Source of the DNA: an uncultured Alphaproteobacteria bacterium
GTDB lineage: Bacteria; Pseudomonadota; Alphaproteobacteria; Rhodobacterales; Rhodobacteraceae
Direction: 5' to 3'
Assembly: GCA_963728255.1 (NCBI GenBank)
Contig: CAVSJB010000004.1
Location: 818,307-882,306, forward strand
Length of the DNA: 64,000 nt
The first letter of the stretch is position 1. The number at the start of each line of letters is the position of its first letter. Below are positions 10,330 through 21,370 of this stretch, in pieces. The translations under genes and the position numbers were made by a program. Under the pieces are notes generated by a model, which was given only the letters and a program-made list of their open reading frames with translations, made no database searches and had not been told where the DNA came from.

Positions 10330-11787
10330 ATGGTATCGCGCGTCATCCCGGTGGATCCATTCGACCTCGTCATCTTCGGCGGCACCGGCGACCTCGCACA
10401 GCACAAGATCCTGCCGGGTCTCTACCGGCGTTTCGTCGCGGGGCAGATGCCGCAGGAGGCGCGGATCATCGGCGCCGCCCGATCCGAGATGGACGACGAC
10501 GGGTTATCGCGGCGATGGTGCGCGAGGCGATCGTCGAGGCGGTGCGCGCGGAACGCATGCGACGATGCGACGCTCGGCCAGTTCCTCGAGCGGCTGGCGC
10601 TACGTGACGATCGACGCTCATGGCGAAGACGGCTGGCAGGCGCTGAAGGAGCGGATGCGCGACGGCGTGATCCGCGCCTTCTACTTCTCGGTTGCGCCAT
10701 CGCTCTTCGGCGTGCTTGCCGAGCGCCTGCACCAGCACGGCGATCGCCGATGAGCGGAGCCGGATCGTCGTCGAGAAGCCGTTCGGCCGCGACCTCGACA
10801 GCGCGCGCGCGCTCAACCGGACGCTGGCCGAGCATTTCGACGAAGGCCAGATCTACCGCATCGACCACTACCTGGGGAAGGAGACGGTCCAGAACCTGAT
10901 GGTGGTCCGCTTCGCCAACGTGCTCTTCGAGCCGCTCTGGAACAGCCAGTACGTCGATCACATCCAGATCACCGTGGCCGAGACGGTAGGGCGTGGCGGG
11001 GCGCGGCAGCTACTACGACAAGTCCGGCGCGATGCGCGACATGGTGCAGAACCACCTGATGCAGCTTCTCTGCCTGATTGCGATGGAGCCGCCGAGCCGG
11101 TTCAATCCGGACGCGGTGCGCGACGAGAAGCTCAAGGTGATTCGCGCGCTCGACCCGGTGGACCCGCGCGACATCGTGCGCGGCCAGTACGACGCCGCCA
11201 AGAAGCCCTCCTACCGTGAGGACGTGGAGGACCCGCGCAGCCGCACCGAGAGCTTCGTTGCGCTGAAGCTGCACGTTTCGAACTGGCGGTGGGCGGGAAC
11301 CCCGTTCTACCTGCGGACGGGCAAGCGGTTGCGGCGGCGGCAGTCGGAGGTCGCCGTCGTCTTCAAGGACGCACCGCACTCGATCTTCGGCGAGAACAGC
11401 CGCACCCACCGCAACGTGCTGACGATCCGCCTGCAGCCCAACGAGGGCATCACCCTTGGCGTTACGATCAAGGAGCCGGGGCCGGGGGGGATGCGCCTGG
11501 TCGACGTGCCGCTCGACATGACGTTCTCCGAGGCCCTCGGGCCCGAAGCGGACGACGTGCCCGACGCCTACGAGCGGCTCGTCATGGATGTCATCCGCGG
11601 CGACCAGACCCTTTTCATGCGCGGCGACGAGGTCGAGGCCGCATGGGCCTGGACGGACCCGATCATCGCCGGCTGGGAGGACCGGGGGGACACGCCGAGG
11701 CTCTACGATCCCGGCGGCTCCGGTCCCGAGGACGCCGCCGTGCTGATGCACCGCGAGGGCCGCAAGTGGCGCGAGATCCGGTCGTGA
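10330..11787 (+). CDS. zwf: Glucose-6-phosphate 1-dehydrogenase, broken by several single-base frameshifts (about 10505, 10600, 10742, 10990)
   Basis: [46 protein letters not shown] spread over successive frames. Confidence 0.93.
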
Positions 11788-12455
11788 ACCTGGTCGAATA
11801 CCCCGACCGCGAGATGATGATGATGGATCTCGCAAACATCCTGGCGGGCGAGATCAACGGCGCGCTGATGCACGAGGACCGCGTCACGTTCGCGGCTCCC
11901 GGCGGGAGCACGCCGGGCCCGGTCTTCGATGCCCTCTGCGCGGCGCAGCTCGACTGGTCGCGGGTGCGCGTCGTGCCGACCGACGAGCGGTGGGTCCCCG
12001 AGGCGTCCGAGCGGTCGAACGCGCGCCTGCTGCGAAAGCGGCTGCTGGTCGATCGCGCCGCCGCCGCGACGCTGATCCCGCTTTTCGCCGAGGGCGGCGC
12101 CCCCGAGGACCATCTCGACGCGCTGGCCGAGGCGCTGCGACCGGCGCTTCCGATCTCCGTCCTGCTGCTCGGGATGGGCGCGGACGGGCATGTGGCGTCG
12201 CTCTTTCCCGGCGCGGACCGGCTCGATGCGGCGTTGGCCGAGGATGCGCCCCCGCTGATGGCGATGCGGGCTCCGGGCGCCCCCGAGCCGCGCGTGAGCC
12301 TGACGCTGCCGGTGCTGCGCAATGCGCTCCGGATCCACATTCTCATCACCGGACGCGAGAAGCGCGAGACGCTGGAGCGGGCGCGGCGCAGCCGGGCATC
12401 CGAGATGCCGGTGTCTGCGCTTCTCTCGGAAGCCACTGTTCATTGGGCGGAGTAG
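11784..12455 (+). CDS. pgl: 6-phosphogluconolactonase
   Basis: PGGSTP, TDERWV, LLGMGADGHVASLFP; GTG overlaps the zwf stop. Confidence 0.93.
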   Translation: MNLVEYPDREMMMMDLANILAGEINGALMHEDRVTFAAPGGSTPGPVFDALCAAQLDWSRVRVVPTDERWVPEASERSNARLLRKRLLVDRAAAATLIPLFAEGGAPEDHLDALAEALRPALPISVLLLGMGADGHVASLFPGADRLDAALAEDAPPLMAMRAPGAPEPRVSLTLPVLRNALRIHILITGREKRETLERARRSRASEMPVSALLSEATVHWAE

Positions 12456-12457
12456 CA

Positions 12458-14065
12458 ATGGACTGGGAAAGACTGGAATTGCTGGCAAAATCTGCGTCTA
12501 ACCGCCAGATGATGACACTCTTCGAGGATAGTCAGAGGGCGCGTGATTTCGCGGTCACGTCGGGCGAGCTGCATTTCGACTATTCGAAGACCACGATTTC
12601 CCGCGAGGACAGGGAATTTCTGGCCGGCATGGTCGCGGAGGCTGACCTGACGGGCCGCCGTGCCGCGATGTTCGCAGGCGCCCGGATCAACGAGACCGAG
12701 GACCGCGCGGTCCTGCACGTCGCGCTCCGCAACCTCGACGGCGACGCGATCGAGGTCGCCGGGCAGGACGTGATGCCGGCGGTGCGCCGGACGCTCGGCC
12801 GCATGGAGCGATTTGCGGAGGACGTCCGAGGCGGGCGCTACCAGGGCCAGGCAGGCCCGATCACGGACGTGGTCAACATCGGCATCGGGGGGTCCGACCT
12901 CGGCCCCGCGATGGCGGTTGAGGCGCTCGCCCCCTATCACGATGGCCCGCGCTGCCACTTCGTGTCGAACGTCGACGGCGCGCAGATCGCGGACACCTTG
13001 CGGTCGCTCGACCCGCGCACGACGCTCGTCGTCGTGGCCTCCAAGACCTTCACGACCGCCGAGACGATGGCCAACGCCCGGACGGCGCTGGCCTGGATGG
13101 ACGAGGCGGTGGCCGAGCCCGCCGAGCAGTTCGCCGCCCTGTCGTCGGCCGAGGACAAGACTGCCGCCTTCGGCATCGACGCCTCGCGCGTCTTCGGGTT
13201 CGAGGACTGGGTCGGGGGGCGCTATTCGGTCTGGGGGCCGATCGGCCTCAGCCTGATGATCGCCATCGGGCCGCAGGCGTTCCGTGCGTTCCTGCGGGGC
13301 GGACAGGCGATGGACACCCATTTCCGTGCCGCCCGGCCGCTCGAGAACATGCCCGTCATGCTGGCGCTGGTCGGCATCTGGCACAATCAGGGCTGCGGCT
13401 ATGCCAGCCGGGCGGTGCTGCCCTACGAGCAGCGGCTGGCGCGGCTGCCGGCGTATCTCCAGCAGCTCGAGATGGAGAGCAACGGCAAGAGCGTGGCGAT
13501 GGACGGCACGTCGCTGCAGGTAGATTCGGGACCGATCGTGTGGGGCGAGCCGGGGACGAACGGTCAGCACGCCTTCTACCAGCTCATCCACCAGGGTACC
13601 CGGATCGTACCGTGCGAGTTCATGGTGGGGGCGGAGGGGCACGAGGCAGACCTTGTACGCCAGCACCGGCTGCTGGTGGCGAACTGCCTCGCCCAGTCGC
13701 AGGCGCTGATGCGCGGCCGCTCGCTCGACGAGGCGCGGGCGATGATGGAGGCGAGGGGGCTCGAAGGTGCCGAGGCCGAGCGCCAGGCGCGCCATCGTGT
13801 GTTCCCGGGCAATCGTCCGTCGACGACGCTTCTCTATCCGAAGCTGACGCCCGACGTTCTGGGCCAGATCATCGCGCTCTACGAGCACCGCGTGTTCGTC
13901 GAGGGGGTGATGCTCGGCATCAACTCTTTTGACCAGTGGGGCGTCGAGCTTGGCAAGGAGCTTGCACAGGCGCTCGCGCCCGCGCTCGACGGGCAGGACT
14001 TGCCCCGGGACACCGATCCGTCGACCCGGGCACTGGTGGCCTGGATCGGACGCCACGACGGCTGA
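12458..14065 (+). CDS. pgi: Glucose-6-phosphate isomerase
   Basis: IGIGGSDLGP, SKTFTT, DWVGGRYS, QQLEMESNGK, FDQWGVELGK. Confidence 0.96.
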   Translation: MDWERLELLAKSASNRQMMTLFEDSQRARDFAVTSGELHFDYSKTTISREDREFLAGMVAEADLTGRRAAMFAGARINETEDRAVLHVALRNLDGDAIEVAGQDVMPAVRRTLGRMERFAEDVRGGRYQGQAGPITDVVNIGIGGSDLGPAMAVEALAPYHDGPRCHFVSNVDGAQIADTLRSLDPRTTLVVVASKTFTTAETMANARTALAWMDEAVAEPAEQFAALSSAEDKTAAFGIDASRVFGFEDWVGGRYSVWGPIGLSLMIAIGPQAFRAFLRGGQAMDTHFRAARPLENMPVMLALVGIWHNQGCGYASRAVLPYEQRLARLPAYLQQLEMESNGKSVAMDGTSLQVDSGPIVWGEPGTNGQHAFYQLIHQGTRIVPCEFMVGAEGHEADLVRQHRLLVANCLAQSQALMRGRSLDEARAMMEARGLEGAEAERQARHRVFPGNRPSTTLLYPKLTPDVLGQIIALYEHRVFVEGVMLGINSFDQWGVELGKELAQALAPALDGQDLPRDTDPSTRALVAWIGRHDG

Positions 14066-14214
14066 GGGCTCGTCGCCACGACGGCTAAGGGCTGGCCGCG
14101 CCGGTCTCGGCGGCCGTTAAAGTTCGATCAACGTGTCGTCCCTATTCATGCGCCGCGGCGGATCCCCTCAGCGGGCCGCTTTCGATGCGGCACATGGCTA
14201 GGAGTTCGGAAAGA

Positions 14215-14784
14215 ATGAAGCACTATGTCCTCGGCGCGGCCCTCTGCGCGCTCGCTCTCCCCGTCTCGGCAAACGAGTACGAGCCGATGATGCGCGAGTT
14301 CTTCGAGACCGAAGTCAGCGGCTGGGCTTCGGATGCCCTCCTCATCGAGGCGGTTCGCGTCCAGAACGAGCGGACCGGTGGCCTGACCGCCGACGAGATC
14401 GACGCCCTCGACCAGCGGTGGCGGGGCGAGGTCGGCGCTTCCGACACGCCGACGATCGACCAGGTGCTCGGGAATGCGGCCTCGGACTTCCTGCGCGAGC
14501 GCGTGGCGGCCTCGGGCGGTGTCATCAGCGAGGTCTTCGTGATGGACGCGCAGGGCCTCAACGTCGCCGCCAGCGACGTCACCTCGGACTACTGGCAGGG
14601 CGACGAGGCGAAGTTCCAGGAGACGTTCGGCGTCGGGCCGGAGGCGGTTCATGTGAGCGACGTGGAGCTCGACGAGTCGACCCAGACCTACCAGAGTCAG
14701 ATCTCGGTCACTCTCGTCGACCCGCAGACAAAGGCGCCGGTCGGTGCCGTGACTGTCGGCGTGAACCCCGAAGGCCTGTTCTGA
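14215..14784 (+). CDS. Secreted protein, probable stand-alone Cache/PDC-like sensor domain
   Basis: Signal peptide; EVFVMDAQGLNVA...TSDYWQGDEAKFQ...VELDESTQTYQSQISV resembles periplasmic sensor domains; directly upstream of an MCP. Confidence 0.65.
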   Translation: MKHYVLGAALCALALPVSANEYEPMMREFFETEVSGWASDALLIEAVRVQNERTGGLTADEIDALDQRWRGEVGASDTPTIDQVLGNAASDFLRERVAASGGVISEVFVMDAQGLNVAASDVTSDYWQGDEAKFQETFGVGPEAVHVSDVELDESTQTYQSQISVTLVDPQTKAPVGAVTVGVNPEGLF

Positions 14785-14877
14785 CCCGATCCCGGCGCCG
14801 GCCTTCGCGCCGGCGCCTCGCCCCGTCGGGCCGCCGCCGCCCGGACCCGCGCGGTCCACTGATCCGGAGAGTGCAGC

Positions 14878-17491
14878 ATGTTTGAACTGAAGTCGTTGGG
14901 TGCCCTGAACTTCGCGTCGCGCTCGGTGTTCGCGCGATGCGCGGTCCTGCTGGCGTTGTCCACCAGCGTCGTGGCCACGACGCAGGGCGTCATGTCGCTC
15001 GTCACCGCGGAGCGGGTGGCCGAGACGGGCGTTCGCAATCAGGCGGTGCGCGTTACCAGCCTCGTGGCCGACCAGACCGGCGGCGGGATCAAGTTCCAGA
15101 AAGCCGACAGCGTCGACGAGATCATCGAGACGTTGATGACCGATTCCGGCGGCGTCGCCATCGGCAGCGTTGCGACCGACCTTCAGGGCGACATCCTTGG
15201 TTCCGCCGGCGAAACCGGGAGCGGCGCGCTGGAGGCGCTCGCCGCCTCGGCGGCGGCGTCGGGCGAACTCGCGGTGTCCGAGGACGGCTTCACCGTCGCC
15301 GCGCCCGTCCGGTTCGGCAAGGACAACACCGTGGTCGGCGCCGTCGCCGCGCAATGGACGCCCGCACCCCTCAAGGCCGCCATCCGGCGCGACCAGATCG
15401 AGGCGGCTGCCGTCGCGTTCGGCCTGTTCGTCGCCTCGCTCCTGCTCGCGACGCTGGTGACGCGCCAGACCATCAGCCGGCCGCTGGTTGCGGTGAGCGA
15501 GGCGATGCGCCGCGTCGCCGCCAAGGAGTTCCTCGTCGAGATCCCCGCGACCGGGCGTCGCGACGAGATCGGCGGCATCGCGAACACGCTCGAGAGCTTC
15601 CGGCGCTCGCTGGCGGCTGCCGAGAAGCCTGGCCGAGGAGACCGCGTTCAAGGGCGCGGCGTTCGAAGGCGCGTCCTCGGCGATGATGCTGATGGACGCG
15701 GATTTCACCATCACGATGATGAACCCCGCGATGCGCGCGATGTTCGAGCGTCTCGAGGCCGAGTTCCGTAGCGTTCTGCCGAGCTTCGACTCCGGCGCGC
15801 TCATCGGCATGAACATGGACGCGTTCCACAAGAAGCCCGCGCACCAGCGGCAAATGCTGGAGAACGAAGCCGAGTCGCACACGATGCGGCTCAATATAGG
15901 CAGTGTGAGCCTCGAGCTGCACGTCGCTCCGGTGCTCGACGCCGGGGGCCGTCGCGTCGGCGCGGTGCTGGAATGGACCGACCGCACCGAGGAACAGCGC
16001 AAGTCGGCAATCCTCGAGGCGCTGGACGCAAGCCAGATCCGTGTGGAATTCGACGCCGCGGGCCGAGTCATCGACGTGAACACGCTTTTCGTCGAGCTGA
16101 CGGGGATCGACCGCGCGGCTGCCGTGCAGGCTGGCCTCAAGGCGCTGGTCTCGTATGACGAGGCCGCCGGCAAGCCTGAGATCTGGAGCGAGATCGCCGC
16201 GGGCCGTGCGATATTCGACCGGTTCGCCGTGTCCGACGAGGGGGAGCGCCACGTCGTGGAGGGCGGGATCAGCGCGATCCGCGATCACACCGGCGCGGCG
16301 CACCGCTTCGTCCTGATGGCGAAGGACGTGACCGAGTCGCGTCGGGAAGCCGAAGCCGCCGAGGCCGAGCGGGCGCGCCTGCAGGCAGCCCAGGCGCGGG
16401 TGGTCAAGGCGCTCCAGAACGGTCTCAACCGGCTTGCGGAGGGCGACCTTACGGTGGCAATCGACGAGACGTTCGAGGCCGACTACGAGCGTCTGCGCGG
16501 CGACTTCAACAGCGCGGTCGTGCGTCTGCGCGAGGCGATGACCGCGGTGGTCGACAACGCGGAACTGATCCGCGGCGAGGCGGGCGAAATCACCGGCGCG
16601 GCCGAGGATCTTTCGGGGCGGACGGAAACCCAGGCCGCCACACTGGAGGAGACCGCGGCCGCTCTCGACGAGCTGACCGCGTCTGTGAAGTCGGCCGCCG
16701 AGGGCGCGGCGCGTGCCGCAGCGGTGGTCGACAGCGCCCGCAGTGGCGCCCAGACATCGGGCGAGGTGGTCCGCGAGGCGGTGAGCGCGATGGGCGAGAT
16801 CGCCAGGTCGTCCGAGCAGATCTCCAAGATCATCGGCGTGATCGACGACATCGCGTTCCAGACCAACCTGCTGGCGCTCAACGCAGGCGTCGAGGCGGCG
16901 AGGGCGGGCGACGCGGGCCGCGGCTTCGCGGTGGTGGCGTCCGAGGTCCGCGCGCTGGCGCAGCGTTCGTCCGAGGCGGCGCGCGAGATCAACGGGCTGA
17001 TCTCGTCGTCGGGCGCGCAGGTGAAGCGCGGGGTCGACCTGGTGGGCGAGGCCGGGCGGGCGCTCGAGGCCATCGTGGCCTCGGTGGGCGACATCTCGGA
17101 GCACGTTGCCGAGATCGCGACCTCGTCCTCCGAACAGTCGCGCGGGCTTGCCGAGATCAACTCTGCGGTGAACCAGCTCGACCAGGTGACGCAGCAGAAC
17201 GTCGCGATGTTCGAGGAGACCACCGCCGCCAGCCATGCGCTCAATCGCGAGGCCGAGGCGTTGGGCGAGACAGTCGCGCGGTTCCGCATCGGCGAACGGC
17301 GTGCCCCGGCCGCACCGAAGCCTGCGCAGGTGGCCAGGCCCGTCGCCTCCGCGCCCCGGCCCAAGGCGCTGGCGGCTCCGGCGGCTGCTCGTTCCAGGCC
17401 TGCGCCCGCGCCGGCGCCCGTGCCCGTGCCCGTGCGCGGCAACACCGCGCTCGCGGTCGAGGCGGATGCCGAGGGCTGGACCGAGTTCTGA
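14878..17491 (+). CDS. Methyl-accepting chemotaxis protein (2 TM, HAMP, two PAS, HAMP, MCP signalling domain); frameshift near 15630
   Basis: [13 protein letters not shown]; [19 protein letters not shown]...EWTDRT; [34 protein letters not shown]; C-terminal GWTEF pentapeptide. Confidence 0.93.
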
Positions 17492-17547
17492 GTGTTCCGG
17501 CCCGGACAGCGATGCCCGGGCCGGCCGTCACTTGCAGGAAGGCAGAC

Positions 17548-18591
17548 ATGAGCGGCAAGAAGATACGGGTCCTGATCGTCGACGATTCCCGCACGATCCG
17601 GGCGGTTGTGCGCGCCATCCTGGCGCGCGATCCGCGGATCGAGGTGGTTGGCGAGGCCGCCGATCCCTACGAGGCGCGCGAGGAGATCAAGCGGCTGGAG
17701 CCCGACGTCCTGACGCTCGACGTCGAAATGCCGCGGATGGACGGGCTGGAGTTCCTGGGCCACATCATGCGCCTGCGGCCGATGCCGGTGGTGATGGTCT
17801 CGTCGCTCACCCAGAAGGGCAGCAAGGCTGCCATCCGCGCCTTGTCGCTCGGCGCCGTGGAATGCGTCGACCGCGAGGAGGTGCAGCGCGACGTCAGGGG
17901 CGGCACGTTCCTGTGCGACATCGTGCGGCTCGCCGCCACGGCGCGTGTCCGCGGCGCCGCGGGCCGGCCGGCAGTCGCGCCGCAATCCGCGGACACGTTC
18001 CGCTGGAACGGGCGGTACATCCTCATCGGCAGCTCGACGGGCGGCGTCGACGCGCTCGAACGGGTGCTCTCGCAATTCCCGTCGAACTGCCCGCCGACGA
18101 TGATCTGCCAGCACATGCCGCCGTCGTTCCTGGCGAGCTTCGCGCAGCGGATGAACGAGACGATGGCCCCGGAGGTCCGGCTGGCGCAGGACGGAGCCCG
18201 ACTTGCGCCCGGCGCCGTGCTCCTGGCGCCCGGCGGGACGACGCACCTTGTGATGGCGGGTGCGGCCACGCCCTATGTCCGGCTTGTCGCGGACGACGGG
18301 TCGCACCTTCACGTCCCGTCGGTGGACTTGCTCTTCGACTCCGCCCGCAGGCGGGCTCCGGACATCGTCTGCGCGATCCTGACGGGGATGGGCCGTGACG
18401 GGGCGGCGGCGATGCTGAGCCTGCGTCAGGGCGGCGCCACGACCTTCGCCCAGAGCGGTGCGACCTGTGTCGTCGACGGCATGCCGCGCGTCGCGCGCGA
18501 GAAGGGTGCCGTGATGCAGTCGGTCGACCTTGAGGGCATCGCCGCCGCCCTGCTGGGCGCGTGCAGCCAGACCGGCAAGGTCCCGACATGA
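17548..18591 (+). CDS. cheB: Chemotaxis methylesterase CheB (REC plus methylesterase)
   Basis: VLIVDDS, TLDVEMP, GSSTGG, QHMP, TGMGRDG. Confidence 0.95.
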   Translation: MSGKKIRVLIVDDSRTIRAVVRAILARDPRIEVVGEAADPYEAREEIKRLEPDVLTLDVEMPRMDGLEFLGHIMRLRPMPVVMVSSLTQKGSKAAIRALSLGAVECVDREEVQRDVRGGTFLCDIVRLAATARVRGAAGRPAVAPQSADTFRWNGRYILIGSSTGGVDALERVLSQFPSNCPPTMICQHMPPSFLASFAQRMNETMAPEVRLAQDGARLAPGAVLLAPGGTTHLVMAGAATPYVRLVADDGSHLHVPSVDLLFDSARRRAPDIVCAILTGMGRDGAAAMLSLRQGGATTFAQSGATCVVDGMPRVAREKGAVMQSVDLEGIAAALLGACSQTGKVPT

Positions 18592-19115
18592 GCCGTTCCG
18601 GGGCACATAGCCAGGACCGCATCAGGCACATCTCTCAGGGCGAGTTCGCGGTGGAAAGCGATCTCACGGTCGTCGTCGCGACGATCCTCGGCTCGTGCGT
18701 CGCCGCCTGCATCTGGGATCCGATCGCCAAGATCGGCGGCATGAACCACATCCTGCTACCCGACCGTGCCGACCGCTCGCCCACGCTCAACGGGTTCGGC
18801 GCCTCGGCGATGGAACAGCTCATCAACGCGCTGCTCAAGAGCGGTGCCCAGCGCACGCGCCTGCGCGCCAAAGCTTTTGGAGGCGCGAAGATGATCGCGA
18901 ACTTCACCGACATCGGCGAGAAGAACGGCATCTTCATCACCGAGTACCTGCGCCGCGAGGGGATCCCGTGCGACGGGTCGAGCCTGGGCGGCAACCAGGC
19001 GCGGATGATCCGGTTCTGGCCTGCGAGCGGCGTCGCCCGGCAGCGGCTGGTCGAGCGGGTGGAGGAGAGGATCCCCGTGATGCGGTCCAGGGGTAACGAT
19101 GTCGAGCTATTCTGA
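18588..19115 (+). CDS. cheD: Chemoreceptor glutamine deamidase CheD
   Basis: TILGSCVAACIWD, GGMNHILLP, AKAFGGA. Confidence 0.93.
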   Translation: MSRSGAHSQDRIRHISQGEFAVESDLTVVVATILGSCVAACIWDPIAKIGGMNHILLPDRADRSPTLNGFGASAMEQLINALLKSGAQRTRLRAKAFGGAKMIANFTDIGEKNGIFITEYLRREGIPCDGSSLGGNQARMIRFWPASGVARQRLVERVEERIPVMRSRGNDVELF

Positions 19116-19210
19116 CGTCGCGCGACCGGCGAGGACGCGGCGGACGTCAAACCCGTGCCCACGCCCTCGGCCGATCGCGGCTTGACACCGGCGGGGTCAT
19201 GGCCGACCAC

Positions 19211-19390
19211 GGTCCTGCCTCGGTCCGAAGGGCGACCTTCGGTGAAAAGGGAACATGGTGACGGCGCCTGCGCCGGATTCCGTGGCTGCCCCCGCAACTG
19301 TAAGCGGTGAGCGCGGTCGATCACGCCACTGGGCCAGCAGGTCCGGGAAGGCCGGCCAAGCGACGACCCGCAAGTCAGGAGACCTGCCGC
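19211..19390 (+). ncRNA. Cobalamin riboswitch
   Basis: AAAAGGGAAC...GGTG, GCTGCCCCCGCAACTGTAAGCG, GCCACTG...GGGAAG and the B12 box AAGTCAGGAGACCTGCC; upstream of a TonB-dependent receptor. Confidence 0.95.
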
Positions 19391-19540
19391 GGTGTTCACC
19401 CTGCCCGGGTGCGGGATGCGCCGGGGCGACGGAACCTTCCGGAGTGGTGACGTGTCGCCGTCTGCCGGAGGGGTCAGCCTCTTCCGACGACATCGGATCG
19501 GATCGCCAGGCAGAACGCCTGGCGCTGGAGAGGTCAAACC

Positions 19541-21370
19541 ATGCGTATTGCATTGGCCGGAGGGGCGCTTGTTTGCGCCGGTCTGGCGGCGCCCGCGGCC
19601 GGGCTGGCCCAGGAGGCGGAGTTCATCGGCACCGTCCTTCTGGGCGGGCTGATCCCGTCGGGCCAGAGCAGCTACAGCCGCGCCTACGGCGTGGACATCA
19701 TCACGGGGGATGAGCTGCGCGAGGCAGGCGACATCCTCGTCTCCGACTACCTTGCGCGGCGCGCGGGCCTCAGCCTTAGCCGGAATGGCGGGCCGGGGCA
19801 GACGACGACGCTTCGGGTCCGGGGGCTGGGCAACGAGTACGTCTCGGTTCGGATCGACGGGATCGAGGTCAACGACCCGAGCAACACCAAAAACTTCTTT
19901 GATTTCGGCGGCCTGACGACATCGGGCGTCTCGAAGATCGAGATCCTCCGCGGCTCGCAATCCGCCGCCTACGGCAGCGACAGCGTCGGCGGCGTCATCA
20001 ACATCGTGACCGCCCGGCCCGACGAGCCGGGGACGCACGTCTCGGCCGATGCCGAGGCCGGCAGCTTCGGCACCCGGCGCGGCGGCCTGCGGGTGGCCAC
20101 GCGGACCGGGCGCGCGGACCTGGCGTTCGACGTCTCGCGCCTCGCCACCGACGGAATCTCGGCCGCCGACGAGGATGCCGGCAATGACGAGTCCGATGCG
20201 TTCGAGCAGACGCACGTCACGTTCTCGGCGGCCTACCAGCTCGACGAGGCGCTCCGCGTCGGCCTCTCGGGGTTTCGCACGACGTCGCAGGCCGACTTCG
20301 ACGAGATTGAGTTCACCGCCGACGGAGCGGTGCCGGTCGACGGCACGCCTGACGAGACCACCGAGAGCCGGATGACCGGCGTGCGCGCCTTCGCCGAGGC
20401 GTTCGCCTTCGGGGTCGAGCACACGTTCGCCCTCAGCCGCCTCGACACCGACCGGGTCTCGCGATCGGACGGCGTCGCCACCGATTTCGAGGGCGAGCGG
20501 GTCGTGACGTCCTATACCGGCGCGACCGAGACGGTCGCGGGAATGGCGCTGGCCTTCGGCTTCGAGCGAAGCGAGGAATCGTTTGGCTCGTCCTTCGATG
20601 GGGGCGAGCAGACGACGTGGGGCGCCTTCGGCGAGGCCGTCCGCCCGCTCGGGCCAGCAGCAGAGCTGGCGCTGGCGCTGCGCTACGACGCGCACTCGGA
20701 ATTCGACGACGTGGTCTCTGGCCGCGCCGCGCTCGCCGTCGATCTGGGGCCGTCGACGACGTTCCGGGCCGCGGCGGCGACCGGGTTTCGCGCACCGTCG
20801 CTCTACGAGCGGCTCGGCAGCTTCGGCAATCCCGATCTCGAGGCCGAGCGCAGCCAAGGCATCGAGCTGGGGCTGGAGCGGGCCGGGCAGGGCAGGCGGG
20901 TCGAGGCGACGGCGTTCTTCACCCAGATCGACGACCTGATCCAGTTCGGCGACACGCGCTACGTTCAGGTCGACGGCACATCACGGACGCGCGGCCTCGA
21001 GGTCGTGGCCGAATGGGCGGTCTCGGACCGGCTGACCGCGTTTGGCAACTACACTTACACCGACGCCGAGGACGCGGAGGGGCAACGCCTCGTCCGGGTG
21101 CCGCGCAACGACCTGCTGCTCGGCGTGGAGGCTGCGATCACGGAGCGCCTCGCGGCCCGGCTCGACGTGCGCCACGTCGCCGACACGGTGGGGTTCGGCG
21201 GCGATCTCGACGATCATACCGTCGCGGACCTCCGGTTGAGCGTCGCGCTCGACGACCGGACCGAGGCCTATGTCAGGGTGGAGAACCTGCTCGACGAGGA
21301 CTACCAGACCTCGCGCGGCTACGGGACGCCGGACCGGTCGGTCTTCGCGGGGTTCCGTGCGTCGTTCTAG
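19541..21370 (+). CDS. btuB: TonB-dependent vitamin B12 receptor
   Basis: Plug motifs LRVRGLG and IEILRGSQSAAYGSDSVGGVINI; C-terminal F; cobalamin riboswitch upstream. Confidence 0.9.
   Translation: MRIALAGGALVCAGLAAPAAGLAQEAEFIGTVLLGGLIPSGQSSYSRAYGVDIITGDELREAGDILVSDYLARRAGLSLSRNGGPGQTTTLRVRGLGNEYVSVRIDGIEVNDPSNTKNFFDFGGLTTSGVSKIEILRGSQSAAYGSDSVGGVINIVTARPDEPGTHVSADAEAGSFGTRRGGLRVATRTGRADLAFDVSRLATDGISAADEDAGNDESDAFEQTHVTFSAAYQLDEALRVGLSGFRTTSQADFDEIEFTADGAVPVDGTPDETTESRMTGVRAFAEAFAFGVEHTFALSRLDTDRVSRSDGVATDFEGERVVTSYTGATETVAGMALAFGFERSEESFGSSFDGGEQTTWGAFGEAVRPLGPAAELALALRYDAHSEFDDVVSGRAALAVDLGPSTTFRAAAATGFRAPSLYERLGSFGNPDLEAERSQGIELGLERAGQGRRVEATAFFTQIDDLIQFGDTRYVQVDGTSRTRGLEVVAEWAVSDRLTAFGNYTYTDAEDAEGQRLVRVPRNDLLLGVEAAITERLAARLDVRHVADTVGFGGDLDDHTVADLRLSVALDDRTEAYVRVENLLDEDYQTSRGYGTPDRSVFAGFRASF

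Noticed and set aside
10330-11787. zwf inactivation by several frameshifts
   Set aside because: Each break is a one-base insertion with no other decay, and pgl and pgi are intact. This also lowers confidence that single frameshifts in island genes are real.
17290-17440. Pro/Ala repeats at the end of the MCP
   Set aside because: Normal flexible tether before the C-terminal pentapeptide.
14146-20857. Long antisense and alternative-frame ORFs (e.g. 14146..16173, 16483..18606, 18635..20857)
   Set aside because: Shadow ORFs expected at this GC content; Arg/Pro/Ala-rich, no motifs, and they overlap well-supported genes.
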